IMG/VR virus record: IMGVR_UViG_3300048606_000186
Span: 14,844-78,843 of that record
Source of the DNA: a virus
Lineage: Duplodnaviria > Caudoviricetes
DNA length: 64,000 bases
Reading direction: 5' to 3' (one strand)
The notes under the pieces are model-generated. The model worked only from the letters and a program-made list of their open reading frames with translations. It made no database searches and was not told the DNA's origin. A program made the position numbers and the translations under genes. How positions within the stretch are numbered: the first letter of the stretch is position 1; each line of letters starts with the position of its first letter. Shown in pieces: positions 1 to 8,994 of the stretch.

Positions 1-257
1 AGCTTGCCCTGTTTGATCGCCAGCAGGCGGCAGGCGGTGGTCAGGTTGCGGCAAAGAATGCCAAGCCCGTCGGCGACTCCGACGACGGTCTGGTGCTGAA
101 GCATCTCGGCTTCGGCAAATATCAGATCAACGATGCCGAGGGCAATCGCGCCGCGCCCGCCGAGGGCGAAGATCCCTACGCCGACAAGGCCGCAGCCCAA
201 GCGGCCCTCGACGCTCTGCGCGCCAAGCAGTCCGCCGACGCGCTCGGCCTCGGCTGA
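1..257 (+). CDS. 3' end of phage head-region protein (partial), ends ...KQSADALGLG*
   Basis: Open frame from base 3 to TGA at 255-257, just upstream of head-tail genes; not in ORF track because its start is outside the window. Confidence 0.7.
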   Translation, partial: LALFDRQQAAGGGQVAAKNAKPVGDSDDGLVLKHLGFGKYQINDAEGNRAAPAEGEDPYADKAAAQAALDALRAKQSADALGLG

Positions 258-266
258 CGCAACACG

Positions 267-665
267 ATGGCGGTTCGCCCCATCGACCGGCAGAAGATGC
301 GCCGGGACCTGCACGCGAAAGCGGCGGTCCCGGCGCTCTACTTCGCCGCGTCCGAGGCCGAGCCGCTGCCGGTCATGGTCCGGGGGCCGCACGATCGCGC
401 GCTGACTCTGGGCGATGAAGTGGGCGACGGCGGCGCCGCGATGCGCGAAGTCTCGACCAGGATCATTTTCCTGGTCGATGAGGTGCCGCTGCCGACGCGC
501 GGGGGCTTCGCGACCCTGGCCGCAGGCGAGGCCTACGTATTGGGCGAGGCGCTGCCGGTCGATGGAATCACGATCACCGTCGCCGCCGCCCGGTTGAGCG
601 CGACCCAACTGGCGCCGCTCGACCTCGCCGTTCCCGATATCACCACGCACCCGGACTGTTTCTGA
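267..665 (+). CDS. Head-tail adaptor/joining protein
   Basis: 132 aa; first gene of head-to-tail block; position-based. Confidence 0.55.
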   Translation: MAVRPIDRQKMRRDLHAKAAVPALYFAASEAEPLPVMVRGPHDRALTLGDEVGDGGAAMREVSTRIIFLVDEVPLPTRGGFATLAAGEAYVLGEALPVDGITITVAAARLSATQLAPLDLAVPDITTHPDCF

Positions 666-667
666 AT

Positions 668-1273
668 GTGGCCGGCTATGCGATCCTCGTCCGCTCCGAC
701 ATCGTCGACAAGGCGACCGGACCCTTGCTGCCCGACAGCCGCCGCGCTGTCCGGATCGCGATCAACGAGACGATCGATTGGGCCCGCGCCCGCGCCGCGC
801 GCGACATGCGAGGCCAGGTCGCTTTCCCAGCCTCCTATCTCGGGCCCGCTGGCGGCCGTCTCACCATCACCAAGAAGGCCAGCGACGACGATTTGGCGGC
901 GATCGTCACGGGACGCCATCGCGCGACCAGCCTCGCCCGTTTCGCGACCAACGCCCGCGTCGGCGTCCGCGGCGGCGCCCGGGTCCAGGTCGAGCCTGGT
1001 CTCGCCCGCTTCCTGCCCAAGGCCTTCTTCATTCCACTTCGCTCGGGCAATACCGACACCAAGAACAACGTCGGCCTCGCGATACGTTTGCCGGACGGCA
1101 AGGTGCCGTCGCGCGCCTACAAGCCGCAGCGGCTCGGGCGCGGCCTCTGGCTGCTCTATGGGCCGAGCGTTGATCAGGTGTTCGACGACGTCGCCGAGGA
1201 CATTTCCCCAGAGGCGGCCGAGCGGCTCGGTGATGAATATCTGCGCCAGCTCGATCTCGTCGCGCGGCGCTGA
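668..1273 (+). CDS. Tail completion/neck protein (lambda gpZ-like position)
   Basis: 201 aa basic protein, GTG start, ends with LYGPSVDQVF-type motif seen in phage neck proteins; position. Confidence 0.6.
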   Translation: MAGYAILVRSDIVDKATGPLLPDSRRAVRIAINETIDWARARAARDMRGQVAFPASYLGPAGGRLTITKKASDDDLAAIVTGRHRATSLARFATNARVGVRGGARVQVEPGLARFLPKAFFIPLRSGNTDTKNNVGLAIRLPDGKVPSRAYKPQRLGRGLWLLYGPSVDQVFDDVAEDISPEAAERLGDEYLRQLDLVARR

Positions 1274-1281
1274 GACGGCCT

Positions 1282-1776
1282 GTGGCTGATCCAGTCCGAC
1301 CGTTCCGTCTGCTGGCGCTCGATGCGCTAAGCGCGGCCCTCGAGGAGATCGAGGCCGGCGAGACCTACGTCAACTCGCTCGCCGGCAAGGTCTTCCGCGG
1401 CCGCGCACATTTCGGAACCAACGATCCGGTTCCTATGGTGTCGATCCTCGAGGATCCGCGCCTGACCGAACTGGTCGATGGGCCGGACGGTGCGGCGGTT
1501 CGCGCCGGCGAATGGCATTTGATCCTGCAGGGCTTCGTCGAAGACGACAACGTCCACCCGACCGATCCCGCACACGTCCTCCTGGCCGATGTCGTCGCCC
1601 GACTGAATCTGCTGATCGCCTCGGGCGGCGGTTCGACGCGCAACCTGCTCGGCCTGGGCGAGAAGAAGCCGTGCGTGACCGGGATGCGGCTCGGCGGCAG
1701 CTGCGTGCGGCCGCCCGACGAGATTTCCGCCAAAGCCTATTTCGTCCTCTCGCTGAAGCTGACCCTGGTCGAATGA
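1282..1776 (+). CDS. Tail terminator protein
   Basis: 164 aa immediately before tail tube; GRVFRGR..FG..DP.P..SILE-type N-terminus. Confidence 0.6.
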   Translation: MADPVRPFRLLALDALSAALEEIEAGETYVNSLAGKVFRGRAHFGTNDPVPMVSILEDPRLTELVDGPDGAAVRAGEWHLILQGFVEDDNVHPTDPAHVLLADVVARLNLLIASGGGSTRNLLGLGEKKPCVTGMRLGGSCVRPPDEISAKAYFVLSLKLTLVE

Positions 1777-1778
1777 AT

Positions 1779-1812
1779 TTGCATTTCCCCTAGAATCATG
1801 TTTTACTGGAAA
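1779..1812 (+). promoter_or_regulatory. Putative sigma70 promoter (TTGCAT-17-TTTACT) overlapped by operator-like site AATCATGTTTTACTGGAAA (1794-1812)
   Basis: Read directly; 20 nt upstream of tail tube ATG. Confidence 0.6.
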
Positions 1813-1832
1813 CTCAACCTGGAGCACCCGAA

Positions 1833-2615
1833 ATGGCCCTGACCTATACCGAGACCAAGAATTACACCATCGCCCGCGGCGACCTGTTCTTCGCCGAGCG
1901 GAGTGCTGCGGGCGTCCTCAGTGGCGAGCGCGCGATCGGCAACACGCCGTCGATCGGCCTCACCATCTCCAGCGAATACGCCAAGCATTATGATAGCTCG
2001 CGCGGCGTCCGCACCCAGGATCGCGCGGTCCCGGTCCAGGTCGATCGGATGGGCAAATTCACCACCGACGACGTCAATGCGCGCAATCTCGCTTTGCTTC
2101 TGCTCGGTAGCGCGGAGGCGGTGACGATCACCTCGGCGGCCGCCCAGACCGAGACGTTCGTCGATGTGCAGCAGGGGCTGCGCTACCAGGTCGGGATCAG
2201 CACCGCGCATCCGGCCGGCCTCGAGGCGCTCAGCGCCGTTGTCGTGAAAGTCGGCGCGACGGCCAAGACGCTCAATACCGACTATACGCTCGACGGCCTC
2301 GGCGGCGTGACCGTTGTCGTGGGCGGCGGCATTGCCGCGCTCGCCGACATGATCGTCGAATATGACCGTCCTGCCTCGACCCAGGACCGGACCGTTTCCG
2401 GATCAACGCCCGCCAAGGGCGCGTTGCGCGTGATCGAGCACAACCCCGAGGGCGACGACAAGACCTGGTATTTCCCGGACGTGACGCTGACCCCGGACGG
2501 CGACTTCACGATCAAGGGCGAGAACGATTGGCAGAGCATGCCGTTCTCGCTGTCGATTAACGAGCCTGCCGTCGGCGAAGCGATTCTCGTCAACGGCCGC
2601 GCGTTCACGGCCTAG
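1833..2615 (+). CDS. Major tail tube protein
   Basis: 260 aa, GGAG SD; NYTIARGDLFF...IGNTP and DFTIKGENDW motifs typical of Chi/phiJL001-like tail tubes. Confidence 0.8.
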   Translation: MALTYTETKNYTIARGDLFFAERSAAGVLSGERAIGNTPSIGLTISSEYAKHYDSSRGVRTQDRAVPVQVDRMGKFTTDDVNARNLALLLLGSAEAVTITSAAAQTETFVDVQQGLRYQVGISTAHPAGLEALSAVVVKVGATAKTLNTDYTLDGLGGVTVVVGGGIAALADMIVEYDRPASTQDRTVSGSTPAKGALRVIEHNPEGDDKTWYFPDVTLTPDGDFTIKGENDWQSMPFSLSINEPAVGEAILVNGRAFTA

Positions 2616-2618
2616 GCG

Positions 2619-3119
2619 ATGGCGAGGACCAACCAGGGCGGCTTGCACGGTGGGTTGATCGCCCGGCGTCGAGTCACCGTCGACGAGAAGCGGGAAGACG
2701 CCTGGTTCGAAGTCGGCGGCCTCAACGCCGAGGCGATCTTCGCGCTGTTCCAGCGCCGCCGCGCCGAATTGTCGGGACTGTTCGACCGCCTGGTCGTTCA
2801 GGGCGACGGCGCGGCGGCGCTGAATCTGGCCCAGTTCCGATCGATCGCCAACACCCTGCTCGAGCAATCGCCGGCGATTGCTGGCGAGATCATCGCCGCG
2901 GGCAGCGGCAAGGCCGATGCGGAGACGATCGCGATCGCCAGGGCGCTGCCGGTTGGCGCGCAACTGGCCGCCCTGGAGGCGATCGCCGAGCTGACCTTCA
3001 CCTCGGACATGCCGCCAAAAAAAGTCCTGGAGATCGTCGCACGGGCGATGGGAAGGATCGCGATCGGAATCACCGACGCGGCTCGACCGATGGCGGAAGC
3101 GAAAATCCCGCCAGCCTGA
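2619..3119 (+). CDS. Tail assembly chaperone (gpG analog)
   Basis: Between tail tube and tape measure; carries in-frame slippery A AAA AAA at 3017-3023. Confidence 0.75.
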   Translation: MARTNQGGLHGGLIARRRVTVDEKREDAWFEVGGLNAEAIFALFQRRRAELSGLFDRLVVQGDGAAALNLAQFRSIANTLLEQSPAIAGEIIAAGSGKADAETIAIARALPVGAQLAALEAIAELTFTSDMPPKKVLEIVARAMGRIAIGITDAARPMAEAKIPPA

Positions 3120-3382
3120 CGCACTGGATTTGGGATATCCGCCGGCAGGTCAGCCTCCTGCTGGATCACGGGCATCCCGGCGCCGGTCTCTACACTCCCG
3201 GAAGGCTGTTCGACGAAGGCGAGTTGATCGCGGATCGCGACAAATTGCGAATGGCGAACGAGGCGCTCCTGATCAACGCGGGCGTCGCGGCTCTCTTCTC
3301 GGACGAAGCGGGAAAGCACTTCCAGAACCTGCTGAGCAAATACGGCATCGGCGACGACAGCGGCGGAGCAAGACGAAAGTAG
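3017..3382 (+). CDS. -1 programmed-frameshift extension of the tail chaperone (gpGT analog)
   Basis: -1 frame is open from 3023 to TAG 3380-3382, reading ...WIWDIRRQVSLLLDHGHPGAGLY...KHFQNLLSKYG; has no upstream ATG so missing from ORF track. Confidence 0.75.
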   Translation, partial: KKSPGDRRTGDGKDRDRNHRRGSTDGGSENPASLTHWIWDIRRQVSLLLDHGHPGAGLYTPGRLFDEGELIADRDKLRMANEALLINAGVAALFSDEAGKHFQNLLSKYGIGDDSGGARRK

Positions 3383-3383
3383 A

Positions 3384-6300
3384 ATGAGCGCCACCGCCCG
3401 CAAAGACATCCAGCTGATTGTCCGCGCCCGTACCGAGGGCGAGCGGCTGATCGAGTCGATGACGGCCGCGCTGGAGCAGTTCCGCGCGGCGCAGAGCGGT
3501 ATGGGCGCCGACGCCGCCGCCGAGAAGGGTCGCCTCCAGCAGATGGCGGGCGCCCTGGTCGCGCTCGAAAAGGCTTACGAGGGCATCGCCGGCGCCACGG
3601 ATCGGGCGGGATCCGCTTCGGATCGGCAGCGGCAGAAGATCGAAGCCACGCGCGCCGATCTCGCTCGCGTGCGCGCGGAGATGGAACTGGCGGCGCGCCA
3701 GACCGCCGCGATTCCGACCAAGATCGTCGACGCCAAGCTCGGCGGCGGCGACACCTCGCCCCTGGTCGCCCAGCTCGCCGCCGCCAAGGCCACCTACGCA
3801 TCGCTGGAGAAGGATGCGACCAGGCTAACTGGCTCGATCCGCGCGCAGCAGGCCGCGATCGGCGAAGAGACATCGTCGCTCAATGCGCTCGGCAATGCCG
3901 CGATCGCCGCCGAGGCGAGCCTGAATTCCCTGGGCAGCAGCGATCAGCGCGACAAGATTAAGGGTGCCGCCGAGGCCTGGGACCGGCAGGTCGCCGCCAT
4001 GGAAGCGGTCGCCGGCGCAGCACGCGAGATGGGCGCTGCCGACAAGGCCATGGTGGCGCGCGCCAACGAGATTCGCGGTGTCATCGACCCGCTCGCGCAT
4101 CTTCAGACCACGTACAATCGCGCGCTGAAGGAAGCCCGCGACCTGAAGCGCGCCGGCGCGCTGACCGACGCCGAACTGTCGACGCGTGAGAAGCAACTCG
4201 CCCTCGACCTCAAGAACACGACCGAGCAGCTGCAGCGCCAGGGCCGGGGCGAGCGCGGCCGGCCTAGCCTGTTCGGCCTCAAGCCCTACGAGCTGACCAA
4301 CCTCGGCTACCAGGTCAACGACGTCTTCACTCAGCTCGCCAGCGGCACCTCGCTGACCCAGACGTTGGCGCAGCAGGGCGGCCAGCTGCTCCAGCTCTTC
4401 CCGAAGGTCGGCAGCGCGATCATCGCGGCGCTGGGAAACCCACTCATCCTTGCCGCGGCGGCAGGCTTGGGACTGGTCGTGGCCGCCGTCATGCGCGTCC
4501 GGACCGAGATGGAGCGTGTCCGCCAGTTCGAAGGCGTGCTGCACGCAATGGGCGACGGCGCGGCCTACAGCGCACACGCGCTCGCCGATGCCGCCGACCA
4601 GCTCGACCGTTACGGGATGAGCGGCGAGGCGGCGATGGCCTCGATCCGCGCCTTCCTCAACGAAGGTCTCGCCCCGGGCCGGATCGTCGAGTTCGGCCGT
4701 GCCGCGCAGAACATGGCCGACGTCCTCAGCATCGAAGTGGTGGACGCAGCGCGGCAGGTCGGCGAGGGTCTGACCGGCAACTGGGAGGCGATGCAGCGAC
4801 TGCAGGCGGCGACCCGGTTCCTCTCGAATGAGGAAGAAGCGCGCGTCCGCACCATGTTCGAGGAGGGCCGTGCCGCCGAAGCGCGGAGCGAAGCGGCGCG
4901 TATCTTCACGCTGCGCATGGACGATGCGGCGCGTCGTTCCCGCGGACCGTGGACCGATGCGACGCGCGGCCTGAGCGAATCGTGGACCGGTTTTATCGAT
5001 CGGCTCAGCAGCGGTTCGACGACGATCGTCACGATCAATGCGATGATCGATTCGCTTTCCAGAAGTCTTGCGGAGCTATCCGGCAGCGCCGATCGCGTTC
5101 CGCTGATGTTTGAAGCGTGGAATCAGGCCGCAAATATCGTCGACCTCGAAGCGCGCCTGCGCCGTGCGCTCTACAACGAGCGGGCGCAAAACTCAATCAC
5201 AGGTGCCGGTGAGCACAGTTACAGCGATGAACTTCGTGTCCAACTGGAGACTGCCCGGCAAGAGTTAGCGAGGACCCGCGCCGCGCAGATGCAGGCTGCG
5301 GCGGGCGCACAAGGCGGCAACACGGTCACGCAGGCCGAGGAGCAGCGCCGGCGCGCTACGGCGCTCCACGATATTCAGTTCCAGCGGGAAATCGCCGATC
5401 TCCAGCGCCAGACCCAGGAGGCGGCGCGCGATTCCGATCGGATCCGGCTGCAGGGCGAGATCGAATATCGCCTCGCGCTCAAGGAAACCAACGACCAGCA
5501 GATCGCCGCCGTGCGCCGGCGCAACGCCGAGACGGCCGAGCGGCAGCGCTCGGATGGACAAAACAGTGGCGAGTTGATCTCGACCGCGCGGCGCTATGTC
5601 GGCCGCGACGAGAATATCGCCTCCGACCGCGGCGTGCTGCAGGAACTGTTCCGCGCGGCCGGGCAGCAGAATATCGACCCGCGTATCACCGCCTGGTGCG
5701 CGGCGTTCGTCAACGCGGTGCTGGCGACCAACGGCATTCGCGGCACCAACAGCCTCAGCGCGCGTAGTTTCGAGCGGTTCGGCACCGCGACCGATACGCC
5801 GCGCGTCGGCGATCTTGCGGTGCTGCGCGACCAGGTGCCCGGACGTGGCGGACGGCGCGACCCCAATCAGGGCCACGTCGGCTTCGTTACCGGCTTCGAT
5901 CGCAACGGCAATGTCCGCATCCTCGGCGGCAACCAGGGCGGCGGGCGGCAGGTGTCCGAACAGACGTTCAACCGGCGCGAGGTCGTCTCGTTCCGGCGCG
6001 TCCCGGCGGCGGGCGGCGATGTCGATCCGGTCACGCTCGACGACCGTCGCGCCCAGGCGCAGGCCGAGCTCAACAACCAGCTCGATCTCGACATCGCCGC
6101 GCGCGGCCGCGCCGTCGATCAGGCGCGCAGGCTGCTCGGCCTCAGCGGCGAGCAACTGAATACCGAGCAACGCCGTCAGACCGTGGACGATGCCGTTCAT
6201 GCGGCACAGCTGAACGCGGAACAGCGCGGCCTCGAGTTCGACGCGACCCGCAAGGCGGCGCTCGAGCAGATCGTCGGCCGCGAATATGACATCCTCCACG

Positions 6301-7673
6301 CCCGCGAGCAGGCGACCCGGGCGGTCGATGATGCGCAGGCCGAGCGGAGCGCGATTCTGGAGGGGTTGCAGCAGGCGCAGGCCAACGGCGATACGGCCCT
6401 GGTTACGGCGCTGACCGAGAACCTGCACCGCGTCGATGCCGAGGTCGAAGTCGCGATCGCCGCGGCCATCCAGTTTTGGCGGCAATGGAACACGCCCGAA
6501 TCGCGTACGGCGATCCAGGGCCTTGAGAATCTGCGCGGCGGCATCGCCCGCACCGTCGAAGAGATGCGTCGCGCGCCGCTCGACCAGCAGTCCGACCGTC
6601 TGCAAGCCATCCGCACCGGGCTTCAGGAGCAGATTCGCTTCTTCCGCGACCAGGGTCAGATGGACATCGCCGAGCAACTGCGCGGGCAGCTCGCGCAGAT
6701 CGACGGAGCGCTGGTCCAGACGATCGACAGCCTGATCGAGATGTGGGCCGTTTCATCTCGCCCCGAGGCGGCGCAGACGCTGCTGAACCTGCAGAACCTC
6801 CGCAACCAAGTCGTCACCACCGGCCAGGAATTCCGGATCACCGCGGGCGAGATCCAGCAGGCTTTTGCCGGCGACCTGACCAACGCGATCACGCAGTGGG
6901 CCCAGGCGATCGGAGAAGGCGGCAACGTGCTTCGCGCCACCCGCGACGCGGCGATGAGCTTCGCCAGCGATTTCCTCCGCTCGCTCGCCCAGATGCTGCT
7001 CCAGGCCTGGGCGCTGAAGCTGGCGATGAAGATCGGCTTCGGCAAGGTCGCCGACGGCGCCAACAGCCTGTTCAACGCCGCGCCGCTGATCGCGGCGGGC
7101 GGCACGCTCAATGTTGCCGGTGCCACTCTCAATCTCGCGGGCGGCACGCTGACCGCAGCCGGCGTGATGTGGACCGCTACCGCCGGCGCGATCATGACCG
7201 CCGCGATGATGCTGATGGCGGCCAACGCCATGAACGGCGGAGGCGGAGGCGGCGGTGGTGAAACCGGCTCCGGCAAGGGCATTTTCGGCAGCTTCCTGGG
7301 CAGCCTGTTCCAGAGCGTCGGTCCCGGCCTGTTCCACTCGGGCGGCATCGCGGGGCAGGCGACGCAGACACGCGACGTCTGGGCCGGTGTCTTCGCCAAC
7401 GCGCAACGCTACCATGGCGGCGGCATCGCGGGGCTCAGGCCGCGCGAGGTGCCTGCGGTGCTCATGGAAGGTGAGGAGATCCTTGCCCGGTCGAGCCCGC
7501 GCCACATCATGAACGGCGGCGGTGGGGGAGCGCCCAACATCGATCTCGCGATCTACAACGGCATCGATCCCGCCGAGATGGTCGCCAAGGGCCTGGGAAG
7601 TCGGTCGGGGCAGATCGCGGTGATGAACGTGATCCGCGCCAATGCTGGCCCGGTCAAGGCGCTGCTGTCGTGA
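3384..7673 (+). CDS. Tape measure protein with internal NlpC/P60-CHAP-like (TIGR02594-type) peptidase domain
   Basis: 1429 aa Ala-rich helical; LGYQVNDVFTQLASG..QQGGQ tape-measure motif; AWCAAFVN...GHVGF...ILGGNQ catalytic Cys/His at ~5570-6000. Confidence 0.9.
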   Translation: MSATARKDIQLIVRARTEGERLIESMTAALEQFRAAQSGMGADAAAEKGRLQQMAGALVALEKAYEGIAGATDRAGSASDRQRQKIEATRADLARVRAEMELAARQTAAIPTKIVDAKLGGGDTSPLVAQLAAAKATYASLEKDATRLTGSIRAQQAAIGEETSSLNALGNAAIAAEASLNSLGSSDQRDKIKGAAEAWDRQVAAMEAVAGAAREMGAADKAMVARANEIRGVIDPLAHLQTTYNRALKEARDLKRAGALTDAELSTREKQLALDLKNTTEQLQRQGRGERGRPSLFGLKPYELTNLGYQVNDVFTQLASGTSLTQTLAQQGGQLLQLFPKVGSAIIAALGNPLILAAAAGLGLVVAAVMRVRTEMERVRQFEGVLHAMGDGAAYSAHALADAADQLDRYGMSGEAAMASIRAFLNEGLAPGRIVEFGRAAQNMADVLSIEVVDAARQVGEGLTGNWEAMQRLQAATRFLSNEEEARVRTMFEEGRAAEARSEAARIFTLRMDDAARRSRGPWTDATRGLSESWTGFIDRLSSGSTTIVTINAMIDSLSRSLAELSGSADRVPLMFEAWNQAANIVDLEARLRRALYNERAQNSITGAGEHSYSDELRVQLETARQELARTRAAQMQAAAGAQGGNTVTQAEEQRRRATALHDIQFQREIADLQRQTQEAARDSDRIRLQGEIEYRLALKETNDQQIAAVRRRNAETAERQRSDGQNSGELISTARRYVGRDENIASDRGVLQELFRAAGQQNIDPRITAWCAAFVNAVLATNGIRGTNSLSARSFERFGTATDTPRVGDLAVLRDQVPGRGGRRDPNQGHVGFVTGFDRNGNVRILGGNQGGGRQVSEQTFNRREVVSFRRVPAAGGDVDPVTLDDRRAQAQAELNNQLDLDIAARGRAVDQARRLLGLSGEQLNTEQRRQTVDDAVHAAQLNAEQRGLEFDATRKAALEQIVGREYDILHAREQATRAVDDAQAERSAILEGLQQAQANGDTALVTALTENLHRVDAEVEVAIAAAIQFWRQWNTPESRTAIQGLENLRGGIARTVEEMRRAPLDQQSDRLQAIRTGLQEQIRFFRDQGQMDIAEQLRGQLAQIDGALVQTIDSLIEMWAVSSRPEAAQTLLNLQNLRNQVVTTGQEFRITAGEIQQAFAGDLTNAITQWAQAIGEGGNVLRATRDAAMSFASDFLRSLAQMLLQAWALKLAMKIGFGKVADGANSLFNAAPLIAAGGTLNVAGATLNLAGGTLTAAGVMWTATAGAIMTAAMMLMAANAMNGGGGGGGGETGSGKGIFGSFLGSLFQSVGPGLFHSGGIAGQATQTRDVWAGVFANAQRYHGGGIAGLRPREVPAVLMEGEEILARSSPRHIMNGGGGGAPNIDLAIYNGIDPAEMVAKGLGSRSGQIAVMNVIRANAGPVKALLS

Positions 7674-7707
7674 GCAGGCGGCACTCCATATTTGGCGAGG
7701 CCGCCCG

Positions 7708-8994
7708 ATGAGCGATGTCCGTCTCCTCTGGCCGTTCGCGGTCAACTGGGCGGCGCCGGTGCGCGTCACCTATCAGTATAAAACCGACATCTTCGTCAAC
7801 CGCGCTGGCGGCGAACAGCGCCGCGCGCTGCGGGCCGAGGCCCGGCGCACCTTCGCTTTTCGCGTTCTGCTCGACGGCGAACGTTTCCCTCTGTTCAACC
7901 GCCTGATGACAATCGGCCAGAACGAGGCCTTTGTCGTGCCGGATGTCACGCGCCGCGCGGTTACTGCCGCAACCAGTGCGATTGATGCGGACCTCCTGGA
8001 ATTGACGTTCGACGCGCCAGACTGGATTGAGGCGGGCGCCGAAATCGTCCTCGACCATCCGCCTACCGGAGCGCGGACCATTGCCCTGGTCGAATCGGTC
8101 GATGGCGACGAAGTGACGTTCGGCGACGAGATTGGCGACTGGCCGGCAGGGACCGCGCTGCATCCGGCCCTGACCGGGCAGATCGCCGCCGATCTCAAGG
8201 CATCTCGGGCAACCAACGCCACCGCGTCGACCGAGATCAGCTTCGAAGTCGAGCCTGGATCGGAGCAGCTCGACTGCGCCGCGCCCGCCACCACGCTTGG
8301 CGGGATCGAAATCATGAATCTCCCCATCAACTGGGCGCGGGGCCTCGACACCGCCTTCGTTTGGCCGGTGGAGCAAGTGGACTTCGGCTTCGGTCGCACC
8401 ACGCTCCACCGGCCTGTCGATTTCTCCGCGCGGACTCGCGGCGCGACAATCCTTGCCGCCAGCCCCGCCGAGGCGGAGGCGGCGGTCGCTTTCTTCCTGC
8501 GGCAGCGCGGCCGCCGTGGGACCTTCTGGCTGTCGACGCTTGAGAACGATCTGCCGCCCGTGTCGCCGCTCGCCGCCGATTCAGCGACGCTGACGGTCAC
8601 CGGCGAAGCGACTGCCGAGGCCTATGGCAATTCGCCGGCGCACAAGGCCGTCGCGCTTCACTTGGCTGACGGACGAACGATCTATCGCCCTGTCGCCAGC
8701 CTCGCCGTCTCGGGGGGCGATAGCCTGCTCACCGTGACCGCTAACTGGGGTGAAGCGATACCCGTTGCTCAGGTTCGCGCCTGCTCCTGGCTGATGAAGG
8801 CGAGATTCGGGTCCGACGATCTCGTTGTCGAATGGCTGACCAACGAAGTCGCGCAGATGCAGTTCTCGACAATGACGCTCCCCGCCGGCGACCCGACCGA
8901 CTGGATGGCGTTGCGCGCGACAGTCGAAGGCGACGACCGGATCACGCTCGCCGGCGATGAGCGGGCCGTGCTCGTCTTCGGAGGCCCGGCATGA
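7708..8994 (+). CDS. Distal tail/hub protein
   Basis: Follows tape measure; ATG 7708 with GAGG SD; NW...V...Y..KTDI....G.EQRRALR motif. Confidence 0.7.
   Translation: MSDVRLLWPFAVNWAAPVRVTYQYKTDIFVNRAGGEQRRALRAEARRTFAFRVLLDGERFPLFNRLMTIGQNEAFVVPDVTRRAVTAATSAIDADLLELTFDAPDWIEAGAEIVLDHPPTGARTIALVESVDGDEVTFGDEIGDWPAGTALHPALTGQIAADLKASRATNATASTEISFEVEPGSEQLDCAAPATTLGGIEIMNLPINWARGLDTAFVWPVEQVDFGFGRTTLHRPVDFSARTRGATILAASPAEAEAAVAFFLRQRGRRGTFWLSTLENDLPPVSPLAADSATLTVTGEATAEAYGNSPAHKAVALHLADGRTIYRPVASLAVSGGDSLLTVTANWGEAIPVAQVRACSWLMKARFGSDDLVVEWLTNEVAQMQFSTMTLPAGDPTDWMALRATVEGDDRITLAGDERAVLVFGGPA

Noticed and set aside
3130-3387. ORF-track call between chaperone and tape measure
   Set aside because: Low-complexity Arg-rich translation; the -1 frame (3023-3382) has the chaperone-like sequence
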